Part shown: one piece after another, positions 45,501-55,838 of the stretch | How the letters are laid out: every line of letters begins with the position of its first letter | Numbering within the stretch: position 1 is the first letter of the stretch | Assembly (NCBI GenBank): GCA_024280485.1 | Contig: JAJRQB010000019.1 | Span: 3,695-67,694 of the forward strand | Source of the DNA: Deltaproteobacteria bacterium | Lineage (GTDB): Bacteria > Desulfobacterota > Desulfuromonadia > Desulfuromonadales > Geopsychrobacteraceae | DNA: 64,000 nt | Direction: 5' to 3' | Translations under genes and position numbers: made by a program | The notes under the pieces: generated by a model | What the model saw: the letters and a program-made list of their open reading frames with translations, nothing else | Database searches by the model: none | What the model was told of the DNA's origin: nothing

Positions 45501-47390
45501 TCAACTGGTCTCGATTTCATTTATAGCAACTGGTTCGTCATTGCTCAATACGAACTGGGAAAGTGAGTCAAGAAGTTTTTCGGAAACGCCGTTCAGGCCT
45601 TCAGAGATCTGTGACGCCTCAGTGACCAGAGAGGAAGTCTGAGCGGTGATATCAGCCATCTTGCGGATAGCATTAACCATGTTGTCAGATTCCTGATGCT
45701 GATTTTGAGAGAGTCCCGTGATCTCGTTGACGAGCTGTTTCGATTGCTGAGTTGCTCTTTCGATCTCCTCAAGAGCGGTGCCGGTCTCTTGCGCCAGACG
45801 AGTCTGTTGTTCAACGGTTGAAGTTTCTTCCTCAAGGGCCGAGGTGACGTCGTTTGCTTCAGACTGGATTGCTTTGATGATACCACCGATCTCTCGGGTC
45901 GCCTCAGATGATTCATCTGCCAAGCGTTTGATCTCATCTGAGATGACCAGGAAACCGCGACCTTGCTCACCTGCACGCGAGGCCTCAATAGAGGCATTCA
46001 TCGCCAGAATAGTAGTTCTGGTCGCAACATCGGAGATTAACTGTGAAATTGTACCGATCTCAAGCAGACGCTCAGAAAGAGATTTCATCTTTTTGTTGAT
46101 GACCTGAACGGTTACACGAATAAGCTGCATCCCCTCTATATTCTTAGCAATCTGGGCGCTGCCCAGACTTGTCGCCTCGTCAACTTTATCGGAGCTCGTT
46201 TGAGCCAGGGCCGCTTTGTCTGCAATTTCTGAGGCTGAATCAGCTGTGGTTCCTGCAGCATCTGTTGCTTCAGTAACGAACTGGAGCTGTGATTCAGTAC
46301 CAGATTTCATGCGCATGAAGATATCATTGAGATGGCGTGATTCGTCACCAACCTCACGTGCATCACGAGTAGTTTCGGTGAGCAGATCAGCGAGACTCTC
46401 TATCATCAGGTTGTACGCATCAGCAATAGAGCCAAATGCATCTTCAGTGACTGGTGCGCGAACTGTCAGATCGCCATCAGAAGCGTCGGAAACAACTTCG
46501 AGAAAGTTGATAACGTTCTCTTCGGTTTTCTGTCGCTGTTCATCTGTTTGGATGTAGTTTTTAAGACGACCAATCGTTTCATTGAAGACCCGCGCAATTT
46601 CAGCAAACTCATCCCGAGATGGAGCTTGAATCTCAACAATCTCACCTTTGCCAACAGATTCTATCCCACGCATCAAGATATTTAAAGGGACAGTGATTCG
46701 ATTAGAAACAAATAGGCCCGCAATTATACCGAAGAGTGCAGCACCCAGACCGACAGCGATAATTATAGTATTCAGTTGACCGCTGAAATGAGCGTTTTCA
46801 GCTTTTTGTGTTTCAAGTTTGGCGAGAATGTTCTCGCGCATAGTTTTTGATTTGAGCTCCAGATTGCGTACATTGGCCTTGTAGGCACCATATTCCTTTG
46901 AGACATCCAGGAATGAGCTTCCGGCCAGTAGTTTGTCAGCCAATGGTGTTAGGCTTTTTTGGACCGCAAAGAAATCTTCCTCCAGGCGGGTGAGCATCGC
47001 CTCCATCTCAACCCGATCGGGGTTGCTACCAAAACCTTCAACCATCTCTTCGTCATGCATCGATTCAATGGTTTTAGCAACGAGCCCAAAGGTTTTGTTC
47101 AGGTTTGCGAAGTAGTCCTGTTGTTGTTTAGCGAATTTCTCGCTTTTGCCGAGGCTTGAAAAGAGAAAGAATTCTTTTTCATAGCGTCTGGCTCTGGCAA
47201 CGTTATGAGCAATTTCGTCAGCCTTGGTCAGCTCTGGAATCAGATTCTGGTGCATCTCATTCAGAGAGTTGTTTGCTTGAGTGAAGCCGTAATAGGCGAC
47301 AGCGCCAACACCGATTGAGACTAAAACCAGCAGCATGACCATCGCAAGCAATTTGGTGCGGATTTTCCAACCCTTGGTTTGAGTGGACAT
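45501..47390 (-). CDS. Methyl-accepting chemotaxis protein
   Basis: 629 aa with two TM segments, a HAMP domain and the highly conserved signalling hairpin (RTTILAMNASIEASRAGEQGRGFLVISDEIKRLA). Confidence 0.9.
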   Translation of the reverse strand: MSTQTKGWKIRTKLLAMVMLLVLVSIGVGAVAYYGFTQANNSLNEMHQNLIPELTKADEIAHNVARARRYEKEFFLFSSLGKSEKFAKQQQDYFANLNKTFGLVAKTIESMHDEEMVEGFGSNPDRVEMEAMLTRLEEDFFAVQKSLTPLADKLLAGSSFLDVSKEYGAYKANVRNLELKSKTMRENILAKLETQKAENAHFSGQLNTIIIAVGLGAALFGIIAGLFVSNRITVPLNILMRGIESVGKGEIVEIQAPSRDEFAEIARVFNETIGRLKNYIQTDEQRQKTEENVINFLEVVSDASDGDLTVRAPVTEDAFGSIADAYNLMIESLADLLTETTRDAREVGDESRHLNDIFMRMKSGTESQLQFVTEATDAAGTTADSASEIADKAALAQTSSDKVDEATSLGSAQIAKNIEGMQLIRVTVQVINKKMKSLSERLLEIGTISQLISDVATRTTILAMNASIEASRAGEQGRGFLVISDEIKRLADESSEATREIGGIIKAIQSEANDVTSALEEETSTVEQQTRLAQETGTALEEIERATQQSKQLVNEITGLSQNQHQESDNMVNAIRKMADITAQTSSLVTEASQISEGLNGVSEKLLDSLSQFVLSNDEPVAINEIETS

Positions 47391-47795
47391 TTTACCTCTT
47401 CTCCTGAGTAGGCAACCTGTATTAAGGACTTATGTAGCAAATAGATTAATTAATAATGCCAGACATCATAGTTGCACCTCTTAATAATTTCAATCATTTA
47501 ATCTGGCTCGAGAGACCAGTCTGGGAGACTCGCACATCCTAGCCTGTGGATTTAAATTTTGGCTGGTTTCATGTTGTGCCATCGGTTATTTCTTTTCTTG
47601 TAATTGGGATATGAATGTAAAACTATTAAGGAGCGTAGTATTGGCTCAGTCCGGGGGTTGTCAATGCTTATCGTGATGAATATTTCTTGGTGGCTCTAGG
47701 TTATTTCTTGTTTACAAAGTTCACTGGACCATGCTAGATACATCCCCTGTTGAAGATCTTTGAATACAGGCAAAGTCAGTTGTTCGAACGATCGT

Positions 47796-47872
47796 GCGCC
47801 AGTAGCTCAGCTGGATAGAGCACCCGACTTCTAATCGGGCGGTCGCAGGTTCGAATCCTGCCTGGCGCGCCA
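47796..47872 (+). tRNA. tRNA-Arg (anticodon TCT)
   Basis: Cloverleaf read by hand: acceptor gcgccag/ctggcgc, anticodon stem cccga/tcggg with loop cTTCTAa, T-arm ggttcgaatcc, encoded CCA. Confidence 0.9.
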
Positions 47873-47896
47873 CATGATAAATTATGTTTTTTGCTG

Positions 47897-47925
47897 TTGA
47901 CAACCTACTGCATGTTACTTAGGAT
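47897..47925 (+). promoter_or_regulatory. Candidate sigma-70 promoter (TTGACA-N17-TAGGAT) upstream of tRNA-His
   Basis: Perfect -35 hexamer and 17-bp spacer. The -10 element ends about 15 nt before the tRNA. Confidence 0.4.
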
Positions 47926-47940
47926 GTCCGAGCTTTTTAT

Positions 47941-48017
47941 GGTGGGTGTAGCTCAGTTGGTAGAGCACTGGATTGTGGCTCCAGATGTCGCGGGTTCAAG
48001 CCCCGTCACTCACCCCA
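47941..48017 (+). tRNA. tRNA-His (anticodon GTG) with G-1
   Basis: An extra 5' G faces the discriminator C. Anticodon stem ctgga/tccag with loop tTGTGgc, T-arm ggttcaagccc, encoded CCA. Confidence 0.9.
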
Positions 48018-48098
48018 TAATTACGAAAATGCTCATCTTTTGACCCGGATACCTTCGTACGCGAAAGGTGGGAGTAAAAGGTGAGCATTAATCTATCT

Positions 48099-48183
<85 letters not shown>

Positions 48184-48286
48184 CTTATACCTGTTGAATC
48201 AACTAATGGTATGTCGAATGAAATTAGCTCGGTTTTCTGTGGAGACCGGGCTATGGGTTTATTCCCGGAATTAAAAGGACTTGATC

Positions 48287-49624
48287 ATGAATATCACTGT
48301 TGAAGATTTAAGTACCATCAAGAAGAAACTTGTTGTTGAAATTGCAGCCGAGCAGGTCTCCCAGGAGATTGAGAAGGCCTATGCGAAAATTGCCAAAACC
48401 GTTACGGTCAAGGGATTTCGTAAAGGGAAGGTTCCGCGCCGTCTCCTTGAACAACAATATGCTCCACGTATGGAGAATGATGTTGTCGGTAGCCTGATCA
48501 AGGACAGTCTTTATAAGGCGATGATTGAGAATAAGGTCAATCCCGTCTCGCAGCCAGAGATTGTCGAGTCGGCTAAGCTGGAAGTGGGAAAGTCTTTTGT
48601 TTACGAAGCTGAAGTAGAGATTCGCCCCGAAGTTGTGGCTAAGGATTATACTGGACTGAAGCTGGAAAAAGAGAAATTTGAATTCGATGAGAAGGTTGTG
48701 GCTGATCGCTTAAATCAACTTTCGGAATCACGCAGTAGCCTTGAGGTGACTAGCCGTAAAAAAACTCGTGATGGTGATACAGTTATTATCGACTTTGATG
48801 GTTTTATTGAGGGTTCTGCTTTTGAGAATGGTTCTGCAAAGGATCACCAGTTGGAACTTGGAACCGGTAGCTTTATCCCCGGATTTGAAGAGCAGCTTAT
48901 TGGCATGAAGCGTGATGAAGAGCGTGAAGTTGAGGTCAGCTTCCCTGAAAAATATGGCGCTAAAGAGCTTGCTGGTAAACCAGCAAAATTCAAAGTTGTA
49001 CTGAAGGAGATTAAAGAGAAGGTAGCTCCTAAATTGAATGATGATTTGGCTAAAGAGGTTGGTTTTGACAGTCTCGAGTTGCTAAATGTCCGTATTCGTG
49101 AAGACAGCATTCGGGAACAGACTGATCGAGTCGGAAATCAGACGCAAGAGCAGATGATGGATCTACTGGTTGAGGCGAACAGTTTTGAGGTGCCTGAAGG
49201 TATGATTCAGAGTCAGCTAGATCATCTTAAACAGAATTTTACACAGCGACTCCAATCGCAGGGGATGACTCTTGAGATGCTCGGCATGAATGACGAGGGT
49301 TTTGCTGCCGCTTATCGTGATATGGCCGTTAAGCAAGTTCGTGGTGAGTTGATCCTTGACTCGATCGCAGATCAGGAAAAACTCAAGGTCGAAGATGCTG
49401 AAATAGATGTGAAAATCGAAGAACTGGCTAAACAGTCGAATGCAGAGGTTGAGCAGACGAAGACGTACTTTGCTAATCCGCAAGCAAAAGAAGGTCTGGT
49501 TGGTCAGATTTTACAAGATAAAGTGATCGCTTTTGTTATCGATAAAGCTGTCGTGACTGAAGTTGAGCCAAAGCAAGAAGAAGCTGCTGTTGATACAGAA
49601 ACACCGGAAGAGAAGGAGAGCTGA
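48287..49624 (+). CDS. tig: Trigger factor
   Basis: About 445 aa. [16 protein letters not shown]... with GFRKGKVP, a central FKBP-type PPIase domain (DF.GF..G..F..G) and an acidic C-terminus. ATG 48287 is preferred over TTG 48281. Confidence 0.9.
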   Translation: MNITVEDLSTIKKKLVVEIAAEQVSQEIEKAYAKIAKTVTVKGFRKGKVPRRLLEQQYAPRMENDVVGSLIKDSLYKAMIENKVNPVSQPEIVESAKLEVGKSFVYEAEVEIRPEVVAKDYTGLKLEKEKFEFDEKVVADRLNQLSESRSSLEVTSRKKTRDGDTVIIDFDGFIEGSAFENGSAKDHQLELGTGSFIPGFEEQLIGMKRDEEREVEVSFPEKYGAKELAGKPAKFKVVLKEIKEKVAPKLNDDLAKEVGFDSLELLNVRIREDSIREQTDRVGNQTQEQMMDLLVEANSFEVPEGMIQSQLDHLKQNFTQRLQSQGMTLEMLGMNDEGFAAAYRDMAVKQVRGELILDSIADQEKLKVEDAEIDVKIEELAKQSNAEVEQTKTYFANPQAKEGLVGQILQDKVIAFVIDKAVVTEVEPKQEEAAVDTETPEEKES

Positions 49625-49628
49625 GCTT

Positions 49629-50213
49629 ATGAGTTTGGTCCCGATGGTTGTAGAAGATACTGGTCGTGGTGAGCGTGCTTACGATATCTATTCACGCCTG
49701 CTCAAAGACCGTATTATTTTTATTGGGGAGGGCATTGAAGACCACATGGCCAACCTGATCATTGCTCAATTGCTTTTTCTCGAATCGGAAGATCCTGATC
49801 GGGATATTCACCTCTATATTAACTCTCCGGGAGGAGTCGTGACGGCTGGCTTGGCTATCTATGATACCATGCAGTATTTGAAGTCACCTGTTTCGACAAT
49901 CTGCGTAGGACAGGCATCCAGCATGGGGGCTGTTTTGTTAGCAGCCGGAGCACCTGGTAAGCGCTTTGCATTGCCCAACGCACGGATCATGATTCACCAA
50001 CCGCTGGGCGGATTTCAGGGTCAGGCTACTGATATCGGTATCCACGCCAAAGAGATTTTACGCATGCGTGAGAGTTTGAACCAATTATTGGCAAACCATA
50101 CCGGCCAGAAGTTTGAGAAGATTAGTGAGGATACTGAGCGCGATTTCTTCATGGATAGTCAAGCCGCTTGCGACTATGGTATTATTGATTCCATTGTTGA
50201 ACGAAAATCCTGA
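49629..50213 (+). CDS. clpP: ATP-dependent Clp protease proteolytic subunit
   Basis: 194 aa starting [23 protein letters not shown]. Catalytic [14 protein letters not shown] and ERD motifs. The track start at 49563 overlaps tig and is unlikely. Confidence 0.9.
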   Translation: MSLVPMVVEDTGRGERAYDIYSRLLKDRIIFIGEGIEDHMANLIIAQLLFLESEDPDRDIHLYINSPGGVVTAGLAIYDTMQYLKSPVSTICVGQASSMGAVLLAAGAPGKRFALPNARIMIHQPLGGFQGQATDIGIHAKEILRMRESLNQLLANHTGQKFEKISEDTERDFFMDSQAACDYGIIDSIVERKS

Positions 50214-50238
50214 AATTTAATCAGGGGAGGATACTTAC

Positions 50239-51489
50239 GTGAGTAGAAAAGATGGTCAGCTATCTAATCTGACCTTCTCTTTTTGTGGGAAAACACAGGA
50301 AGAGGTCAAAAAGCTAATCGCTGGCCCTACAGTCTATATCTGTGACGAGTGTATTGAGCTATGCAACGATATAATTGCCGAAGAATCGCGTCTTGATAAG
50401 GATTCGGGTGATAAACCGGCTAAACTGCCTACTCCCGCTGAGATTCGGGCGACTCTCGATGAATACGTTGTTGGTCAGGAACATGCCAAGAAGATTCTTG
50501 CGGTAGCCGTTTACAACCATTATAAGCGGATTGACAGTATCAATCGTAATGATGGAGTTGAAATCCAAAAGAGTAATATCCTGCTGCTTGGACCGACTGG
50601 TAGCGGCAAGACACTTTTGGCTCAAACTATGGCGAGGGTGCTTGATGTTCCTTTTGCGATAGCTGATGCGACCAATTTAACCGAAGCTGGTTATGTTGGG
50701 GAGGATGTTGAAAATATTATTCTCAGCTTATTGCAGGCTGCAGACTATGATATAGAGAAGGCTCAGCGCGGTATTATCTATATCGACGAAGTCGATAAGA
50801 TCGCACGTAAGTCTGAATCTCCCTCAATTACACGTGATGTTTCTGGTGAAGGTGTGCAGCAGGCACTGCTGAAAATCATTGAGGGAACGACAGCCAGCGT
50901 GCCGCCAAAGGGCGGTCGTAAGCATCCACAACAAGAGTTTCTCAAGGTGGACACGACGAATATTCTCTTTATCTGCGGAGGGGCTTTTTCTGGTCTGGAA
51001 AAAGTTATTAGTAAGCGGATCGGGACAAAGGGGATGGGCTTTGGAGCTGAGATTAAATCGACTAAGGAAGAAGATCTTGGTGAGTTGTTGAAACAGACCC
51101 AACCTAGAGACCTGTTGAAATACGGCCTGATACCCGAATTTGTTGGACGATTGCCTGTTGTTTCAACTCTCACAGAATTGGATGAAGAAGCGCTTATCAA
51201 GATTCTGAGTGAGCCCAAGAATGCGTTGGTTAAACAGTACCAGCGTCTATTTGAGATGGAAAATGTGACTTTAAGTTTCACGGATGGTGCTTTGGTTGCC
51301 ATCGCACGAGAAGCCTTGGAGCGTAAGACTGGTGCTCGTGGCTTACGTTCTATCCTTGAAAATGCAATGTTGGATATTATGTATGATATCCCCTCGCAAG
51401 ATCAGGTCAAAGAAGTCCTTATCAACGAAGAAGTTATAGCTGGCGGTAAAACTCCAGTAGTTCTCTACGATGTTGCTGAAAGCGCCTGA
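50239..51489 (+). CDS. clpX: ATP-dependent Clp protease ATP-binding subunit ClpX
   Basis: 416 aa, GTG start with a GGGGAGG RBS. Zinc-ribbon region, Walker [18 protein letters not shown] and GFGA. The first zinc Cys is Phe (see findings). Confidence 0.9.
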   Translation: MSRKDGQLSNLTFSFCGKTQEEVKKLIAGPTVYICDECIELCNDIIAEESRLDKDSGDKPAKLPTPAEIRATLDEYVVGQEHAKKILAVAVYNHYKRIDSINRNDGVEIQKSNILLLGPTGSGKTLLAQTMARVLDVPFAIADATNLTEAGYVGEDVENIILSLLQAADYDIEKAQRGIIYIDEVDKIARKSESPSITRDVSGEGVQQALLKIIEGTTASVPPKGGRKHPQQEFLKVDTTNILFICGGAFSGLEKVISKRIGTKGMGFGAEIKSTKEEDLGELLKQTQPRDLLKYGLIPEFVGRLPVVSTLTELDEEALIKILSEPKNALVKQYQRLFEMENVTLSFTDGALVAIAREALERKTGARGLRSILENAMLDIMYDIPSQDQVKEVLINEEVIAGGKTPVVLYDVAESA

Positions 51490-51529
51490 AGTACAGAGGC
51501 TGGTTTCTTTTTACATGTGATGTATCTTT

Positions 51530-51568
51530 GAAGCGCGGATCCTTTTATTGAGGGCCCGCGCTTCTTTT
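51530..51568 (+). terminator. Hairpin plus T-run after clpX
   Basis: gaagcgcgg-(17 nt)-ccgcgcttc followed by tttt. Confidence 0.45.
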
Positions 51569-51595
51569 CCATTTCAACAACAGGTGAGTCTACCT

Positions 51596-53950
51596 ATGAA
51601 TCATTCAGATGAACTAAATCAGTCTGCGCCCCTTATCCAGGATCTGCCGCTTTTACCTCTCCGGGATATTGTGATTTTCCCACATATGGTCGCACCGCTG
51701 TTTGTTGGTCGGCCACAGTCGATTGCAGCGCTTGAGGCTGCGGAGAAAACTGATAAGCAGATTTTTCTAGCAACTCAGCTTGATCCTCAAACCGAAGCTC
51801 CTGGTCGTGATGAACTCTACAGCCTTGGCGTACGTGGCAAAATTGTACAGATGCTCAAATTGCCTGATGGTACGGTCAAGGTCCTGGTAGAGGGTGTTGT
51901 CAGGGCACGTCTGAGCGAAATAACAGAAGAGAATAGTCTTCTGCTGGCTTCGACTGAAGAGTTAGCCGATGTGAAGACATCGACAATTGAGGCTGGCGCT
52001 GTAATGCGAGCAGTGCGTAACTCATTTGATAACTATGTTGGGATGAGTAAGAAGATACCGGCTGAAGTCAGTTCGACGTCCGCTTCCATCGATGACCCAT
52101 CGATATTTGCTGATACGGTAGCTGCCCACTTGCAAATTCCAATTCCAGATCGACAGGAAATACTAGAGCAGTTGGATGTTGCGCTTCGGCTCGAAAAACT
52201 TTTGGAGTTGCTGGAGCAGGAAATTGAAATTTTGCAGATTGAGGGTCGCATCCGCAGTCGAGTCAAGACTCAGATGGAGCGAAGTCAGAAGGAATATTAT
52301 CTAAACGAACAGATGCGGGCCATCCAGAAGGAGCTGGGAGAGAAAGACGAGTTTAAGCAAGAGCTTGCTGAATTTGAAGAACAGATTGGAAAGAAGAAGA
52401 TGTCTGCTGAGGCGACCGATAAGGCGCGTCAGGAGTTGCGTAAGCTTAAGTTGATGTCCCCGATGTCTGCTGAGGCGACAGTTGTCCGCAATTACATTGA
52501 ATGGCTCCTTGCACTTCCCTGGAAAACCGGAACACGCGACCGTCATGATTTAAAAAAAGCTGAGACGGTTCTGGATGCTGATCATTATGGTCTGGAGAAG
52601 GTCAAAGAGCGTGTGTTGGAGTATCTCGCGGTACAGGCTTTGGTTAAGCAGATCAAGGGGCCTATCCTTTGTCTGGTTGGGCCTCCTGGTGTAGGTAAAA
52701 CCTCTCTTGGGCGCTCAATAGCAACGGCTCTTGGTCGCAAGTTTCAGCGAATTTCTCTTGGTGGAGTCCGTGATGAGGCAGAAATTCGCGGGCATCGTCG
52801 CACTTACATCGGTGCGATGCCTGGTAAAATTGTTCAAGGGCTACGTAAAGTCGGTGTTAAAAACCCGGTTTTCATGCTCGACGAGATCGACAAGATGAGT
52901 ACCGATTTTCGTGGAGACCCATCTTCTGCTCTCCTGGAAGTTTTAGACCCAGAGCAGAATCATACCTTTGGGGACCATTTCCTCGATATTGATTATGACC
53001 TTTCTCAGGTTCTGTTTATCGCTACGGCCAATAATATTCATGCCATTCCTCGGCCGCTTCATGACCGGTTAGAAATTATCCATATTGAAGGTTATACCGA
53101 AGAGGAAAAGCTAAATATTGCCAAGCGTTACCTGCTTCAAAAGCAGATAAGTGCCCATGGTCTCAAGGTGTCTCAGGTTAAGTTTTCTGATGGAGCATTA
53201 CTTGAAATTATACGGCGCTACACAAAAGAATCGGGAGTGCGGGGTCTAGATCGGTCTTTGGCTTCTGTTTGTCGCAAGCTGGCTCGACGTAGTTTGTTGG
53301 ATAAACGGGAAGCTTTCAGTGTCGGTGCAAAGCAAGTTGGGAAGTATCTTGGCGTGCCACCTTTTAATTATGGAGTTCAGGAAGAGGTAGATACTGTTGG
53401 GGTTGCTACCGGCTTGGCCTGGACAGAGGTCGGCGGTGAATTATTGAGTATAGAGGTCAGTCTGTTGCCTGGTAGTGGAAAATTGACTATCACAGGGAAG
53501 CTTGGCGAGGTTATGCAGGAATCCGCTCAGGCTGCTTTTAGCTATGTCCGTTCACGTTGGGAAGTCCTTGGACTTGAAAGGGACTTTCATACTCAGATAG
53601 ATGTTCATATTCACGTTCCAGAAGGGGCAGTTCCAAAAGATGGACCTTCCGCAGGTATTACTATAGCGACGGCGCTGGCATCTGCTCTCACTGGTCGTGC
53701 GGTCAGACGCGATGTTGCCATGACGGGTGAGATAACACTGCGTGGAAGAGTTCTTGCGATTGGTGGATTGAAAGAAAAACTGTTAGCGGCAAGAAGGGCT
53801 GGTATCAAGACGATTCTGATTCCAGAGGAAAATCGTCGGAATTTAGTTGATATGCCAGACTCTTTGAGTAATGCGCTTATACTTCAACCAGTTGCCAGTA
53901 TGGACAGGGTTCTGGAATTGGCACTTGTTAAACAAAAGAATGGAAAGTAA
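51596..53950 (+). CDS. lon: ATP-dependent protease Lon
   Basis: About 784 aa from ATG 51596. [14 protein letters not shown], Walker [10 protein letters not shown], catalytic PKDGPSAG and KEK..AA.R.G. Confidence 0.9.
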   Translation: MNHSDELNQSAPLIQDLPLLPLRDIVIFPHMVAPLFVGRPQSIAALEAAEKTDKQIFLATQLDPQTEAPGRDELYSLGVRGKIVQMLKLPDGTVKVLVEGVVRARLSEITEENSLLLASTEELADVKTSTIEAGAVMRAVRNSFDNYVGMSKKIPAEVSSTSASIDDPSIFADTVAAHLQIPIPDRQEILEQLDVALRLEKLLELLEQEIEILQIEGRIRSRVKTQMERSQKEYYLNEQMRAIQKELGEKDEFKQELAEFEEQIGKKKMSAEATDKARQELRKLKLMSPMSAEATVVRNYIEWLLALPWKTGTRDRHDLKKAETVLDADHYGLEKVKERVLEYLAVQALVKQIKGPILCLVGPPGVGKTSLGRSIATALGRKFQRISLGGVRDEAEIRGHRRTYIGAMPGKIVQGLRKVGVKNPVFMLDEIDKMSTDFRGDPSSALLEVLDPEQNHTFGDHFLDIDYDLSQVLFIATANNIHAIPRPLHDRLEIIHIEGYTEEEKLNIAKRYLLQKQISAHGLKVSQVKFSDGALLEIIRRYTKESGVRGLDRSLASVCRKLARRSLLDKREAFSVGAKQVGKYLGVPPFNYGVQEEVDTVGVATGLAWTEVGGELLSIEVSLLPGSGKLTITGKLGEVMQESAQAAFSYVRSRWEVLGLERDFHTQIDVHIHVPEGAVPKDGPSAGITIATALASALTGRAVRRDVAMTGEITLRGRVLAIGGLKEKLLAARRAGIKTILIPEENRRNLVDMPDSLSNALILQPVASMDRVLELALVKQKNGK

Positions 53951-54027
53951 CTATAACTGTCAGGTTTCGGGCATGGATTGTGGCAGTAAAAAAACGCGCC
54001 AGGCCGCAATAAATGGGGAAAAACAGC

Positions 54028-54057
54028 TTGACAGCTTTTTTACGAGTCTGCTATATC
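54028..54057 (+). promoter_or_regulatory. Candidate sigma-70 promoter (TTGACA-N18-TATATC) for hup
   Basis: Perfect -35 hexamer, about 50 nt upstream of GTG 54110. Confidence 0.45.
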
Positions 54058-54109
54058 TTATCGCGTTTTGAGGCGAAATTATTATCCCTATTCTTTCAGG
54101 AGGTGTGTT

Positions 54110-54382
54110 GTGACTAAAGCAGAATTGGTCAATGCAATTGCGGAGAAAGCAGGACTGAGCAAGGCTGACGCCGAAGGTTCTCTTAAGGCCTTTGCCGAGT
54201 CCATTACGGATGCACTTAAGGCTGGCGAGAAAGTTGCGCTGGTTGGTTTCGGAACTTTCAGCGTCGGTGACCGTGCTGCTCGTACTGGTCAAAACCCACA
54301 GACAGGTGCTAAAATTCAAATCCCTGCTGCCAAGGTACCAAAGTTCAAGGCTGGCAAGGCTCTGAAAGAGGCTGTCAACTAA
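54110..54382 (+). CDS. hup: HU family DNA-binding protein
   Basis: 90 aa from GTG 54110 (GGAGG RBS). [23 protein letters not shown]...I...L..G..V.LVGFGTF....[25 protein letters not shown]. Confidence 0.9.
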   Translation: MTKAELVNAIAEKAGLSKADAEGSLKAFAESITDALKAGEKVALVGFGTFSVGDRAARTGQNPQTGAKIQIPAAKVPKFKAGKALKEAVN

Positions 54383-54420
54383 GACGCATAGCACAAATAA
54401 GAACTGAAGATAGGAAGCGA

Positions 54421-54470
54421 GAAGCTGTCCGTTGAGTTTGTTTTTTGGACACTCAAAGCTTCCTATTTTT
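54421..54470 (+). terminator. Hairpin plus T-run after hup, preceding the tRNA cluster
   Basis: gaagct..ttgagt / actcaa-agcttc pairing, followed by ctattttt. Confidence 0.4.
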
Positions 54471-54476
54471 AACTAA

Positions 54477-54553
54477 GGGGGTGTAGCTCAGTTGGTTAGA
54501 GCGCTAGCCTGTCACGCTAGAAGTCGCGAGTTCGAGTCTCGTCACTCCCGCCA
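54477..54553 (+). tRNA. tRNA-Asp (anticodon GTC), copy 1
   Basis: Acceptor gggggtg/cactccc, anticodon stem ctagc/gctag with loop cTGTCac, encoded CCA. Confidence 0.9.
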
Positions 54554-54570
54554 TTTTAAAAGAAAAATCA

Positions 54571-54646
54571 GGGCGAATAGCTCAGCTGGGAGAGCGCCTG
54601 CCTTACAAGCAGGATGTCGGGGGTTCGAGCCCCTCTTCGCCCACCA
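54571..54646 (+). tRNA. tRNA-Val (anticodon TAC)
   Basis: Acceptor gggcgaa/ttcgccc, anticodon stem cctgc/gcagg with loop cTTACaa, encoded CCA. Confidence 0.9.
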
Positions 54647-54664
54647 ATTCAAGTAAGACCCTTA

Positions 54665-54741
54665 GGGGGTGTAGCTCAGTTGGTTAGAGCGCTAGCCTGT
54701 CACGCTAGAAGTCGCGAGTTCGAGTCTCGTCACTCCCGCCA
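54665..54741 (+). tRNA. tRNA-Asp (anticodon GTC), copy 2, identical to copy 1
   Basis: The same 77-nt sequence as 54477-54553. Confidence 0.9.
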
Positions 54742-54754
54742 TTATTAATAAAAA

Positions 54755-54791
54755 AGAGCAACCCTTCCTTAGTGCTGGGTTGCTCTTTTTT
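54755..54791 (+). terminator. Rho-independent terminator after the tRNA cluster
   Basis: agagcaaccc-(12 nt)-gggttgctct followed by tttttt. Confidence 0.8.
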
Positions 54792-54821
54792 GTTGGTTCG
54801 ATTCTTGTAATAGAATGCAGC

Positions 54822-54850
54822 TTGACTGTGTGAGCCGCTATTCCTAATAT
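54822..54850 (+). promoter_or_regulatory. Candidate sigma-70 promoter (TTGACT-N17-TAATAT) for the PpiC/NHL/cytochrome operon
   Basis: Near-consensus hexamers with a 17-bp spacer, 35 nt upstream of ATG 54885. Confidence 0.5.
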
Positions 54851-54884
54851 GGCAAATTACTAAACCTTGTAAATGGAGTAATTG

Positions 54885-55838
54885 ATGACTGTCCTGCGCG
54901 CCTTAACTCTGCTGCTGTTTTTCGTTCCCGTTCACCTTTGTGCTGCTACTGTAGATGATAACGTTCTAGCTCGTGTCGGTGATGTGCCGATTACTGCATT
55001 TGAACTGCAACGGCAGATTGACAGAGTCATGCCACTGCGTGTCAGCTTTCATGGTGGGGTTTCTGCTGAGAAGATAAATGAGATTAAGCAAGAAGCGATG
55101 GAGGATCTGATTGAGCGTGCCTACAAGGTTAAGTACGCCATCGACAATGAAATCTCAGTGCCGGCCTCGCTGCTTGATGATCAGATGAAAAAGGTTAGGG
55201 CACGTTTCAAGACAAAGAAAGAGTTTAAGGCGGCAGTTGGGGCAGAGACGGTTGCTGGTTTAAGGGCCGCTCTTTATAGGCGATATCTGGCTAAAAAGGC
55301 TGAAGAGGTTGCTGTTACATTAAAGGCTCAGGCTAGTGATGAAGAGATACGTAAATATTATGCTGAAAAAAAACATACTTTTTCGATGCCAAAACAGTTT
55401 CGCGCTAGTCATATCCTGATCAAGGTTGATCCTGCCTCCAATAAAGAAGAGCGTGAAATCCTCCATAAGAAGGCTGAGGAGATTCTGGCTCGGGCGCAGA
55501 AAGGTGAGGATTTTTTTGATCTAGCTTATTATAATTCAGATGATAGGACCAAATTTGTTGGTGGCGACCTCGGAATGTTCCATGAAGGCCAAACCGAAAA
55601 ATCTTTTGAAGGTGCTTTGCTTAAAATGAAGGTTGGTGATGTTTCTGACCTAGTACAGACACGACATGGATTTCACATTATTAAGCTGACTCAAGTCAAT
55701 GAACCGCGTCAGATGAGTTTTGAAGAAGTGCGATCAAAAATTAAATCAACACTGGAGAAAGAGCGTCGCGATCAGATTTACTCTGAATGGCTCGAATCTC
55801 TAAAGCAGAAATATAAGGTTGTGCGACTTGCTGAGTAA
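54885..55838 (+). CDS. Periplasmic PpiC-type peptidyl-prolyl isomerase (SurA/PrsA-like)
   Basis: About 317 aa with a signal peptide. Parvulin core: F.ASHILIKV.........A..I...A..GEDF..LA...S.D......GGDLG.F..G........A......G..S..V.T..GFHIIK. Confidence 0.85.
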   Translation: MTVLRALTLLLFFVPVHLCAATVDDNVLARVGDVPITAFELQRQIDRVMPLRVSFHGGVSAEKINEIKQEAMEDLIERAYKVKYAIDNEISVPASLLDDQMKKVRARFKTKKEFKAAVGAETVAGLRAALYRRYLAKKAEEVAVTLKAQASDEEIRKYYAEKKHTFSMPKQFRASHILIKVDPASNKEEREILHKKAEEILARAQKGEDFFDLAYYNSDDRTKFVGGDLGMFHEGQTEKSFEGALLKMKVGDVSDLVQTRHGFHIIKLTQVNEPRQMSFEEVRSKIKSTLEKERRDQIYSEWLESLKQKYKVVRLAE

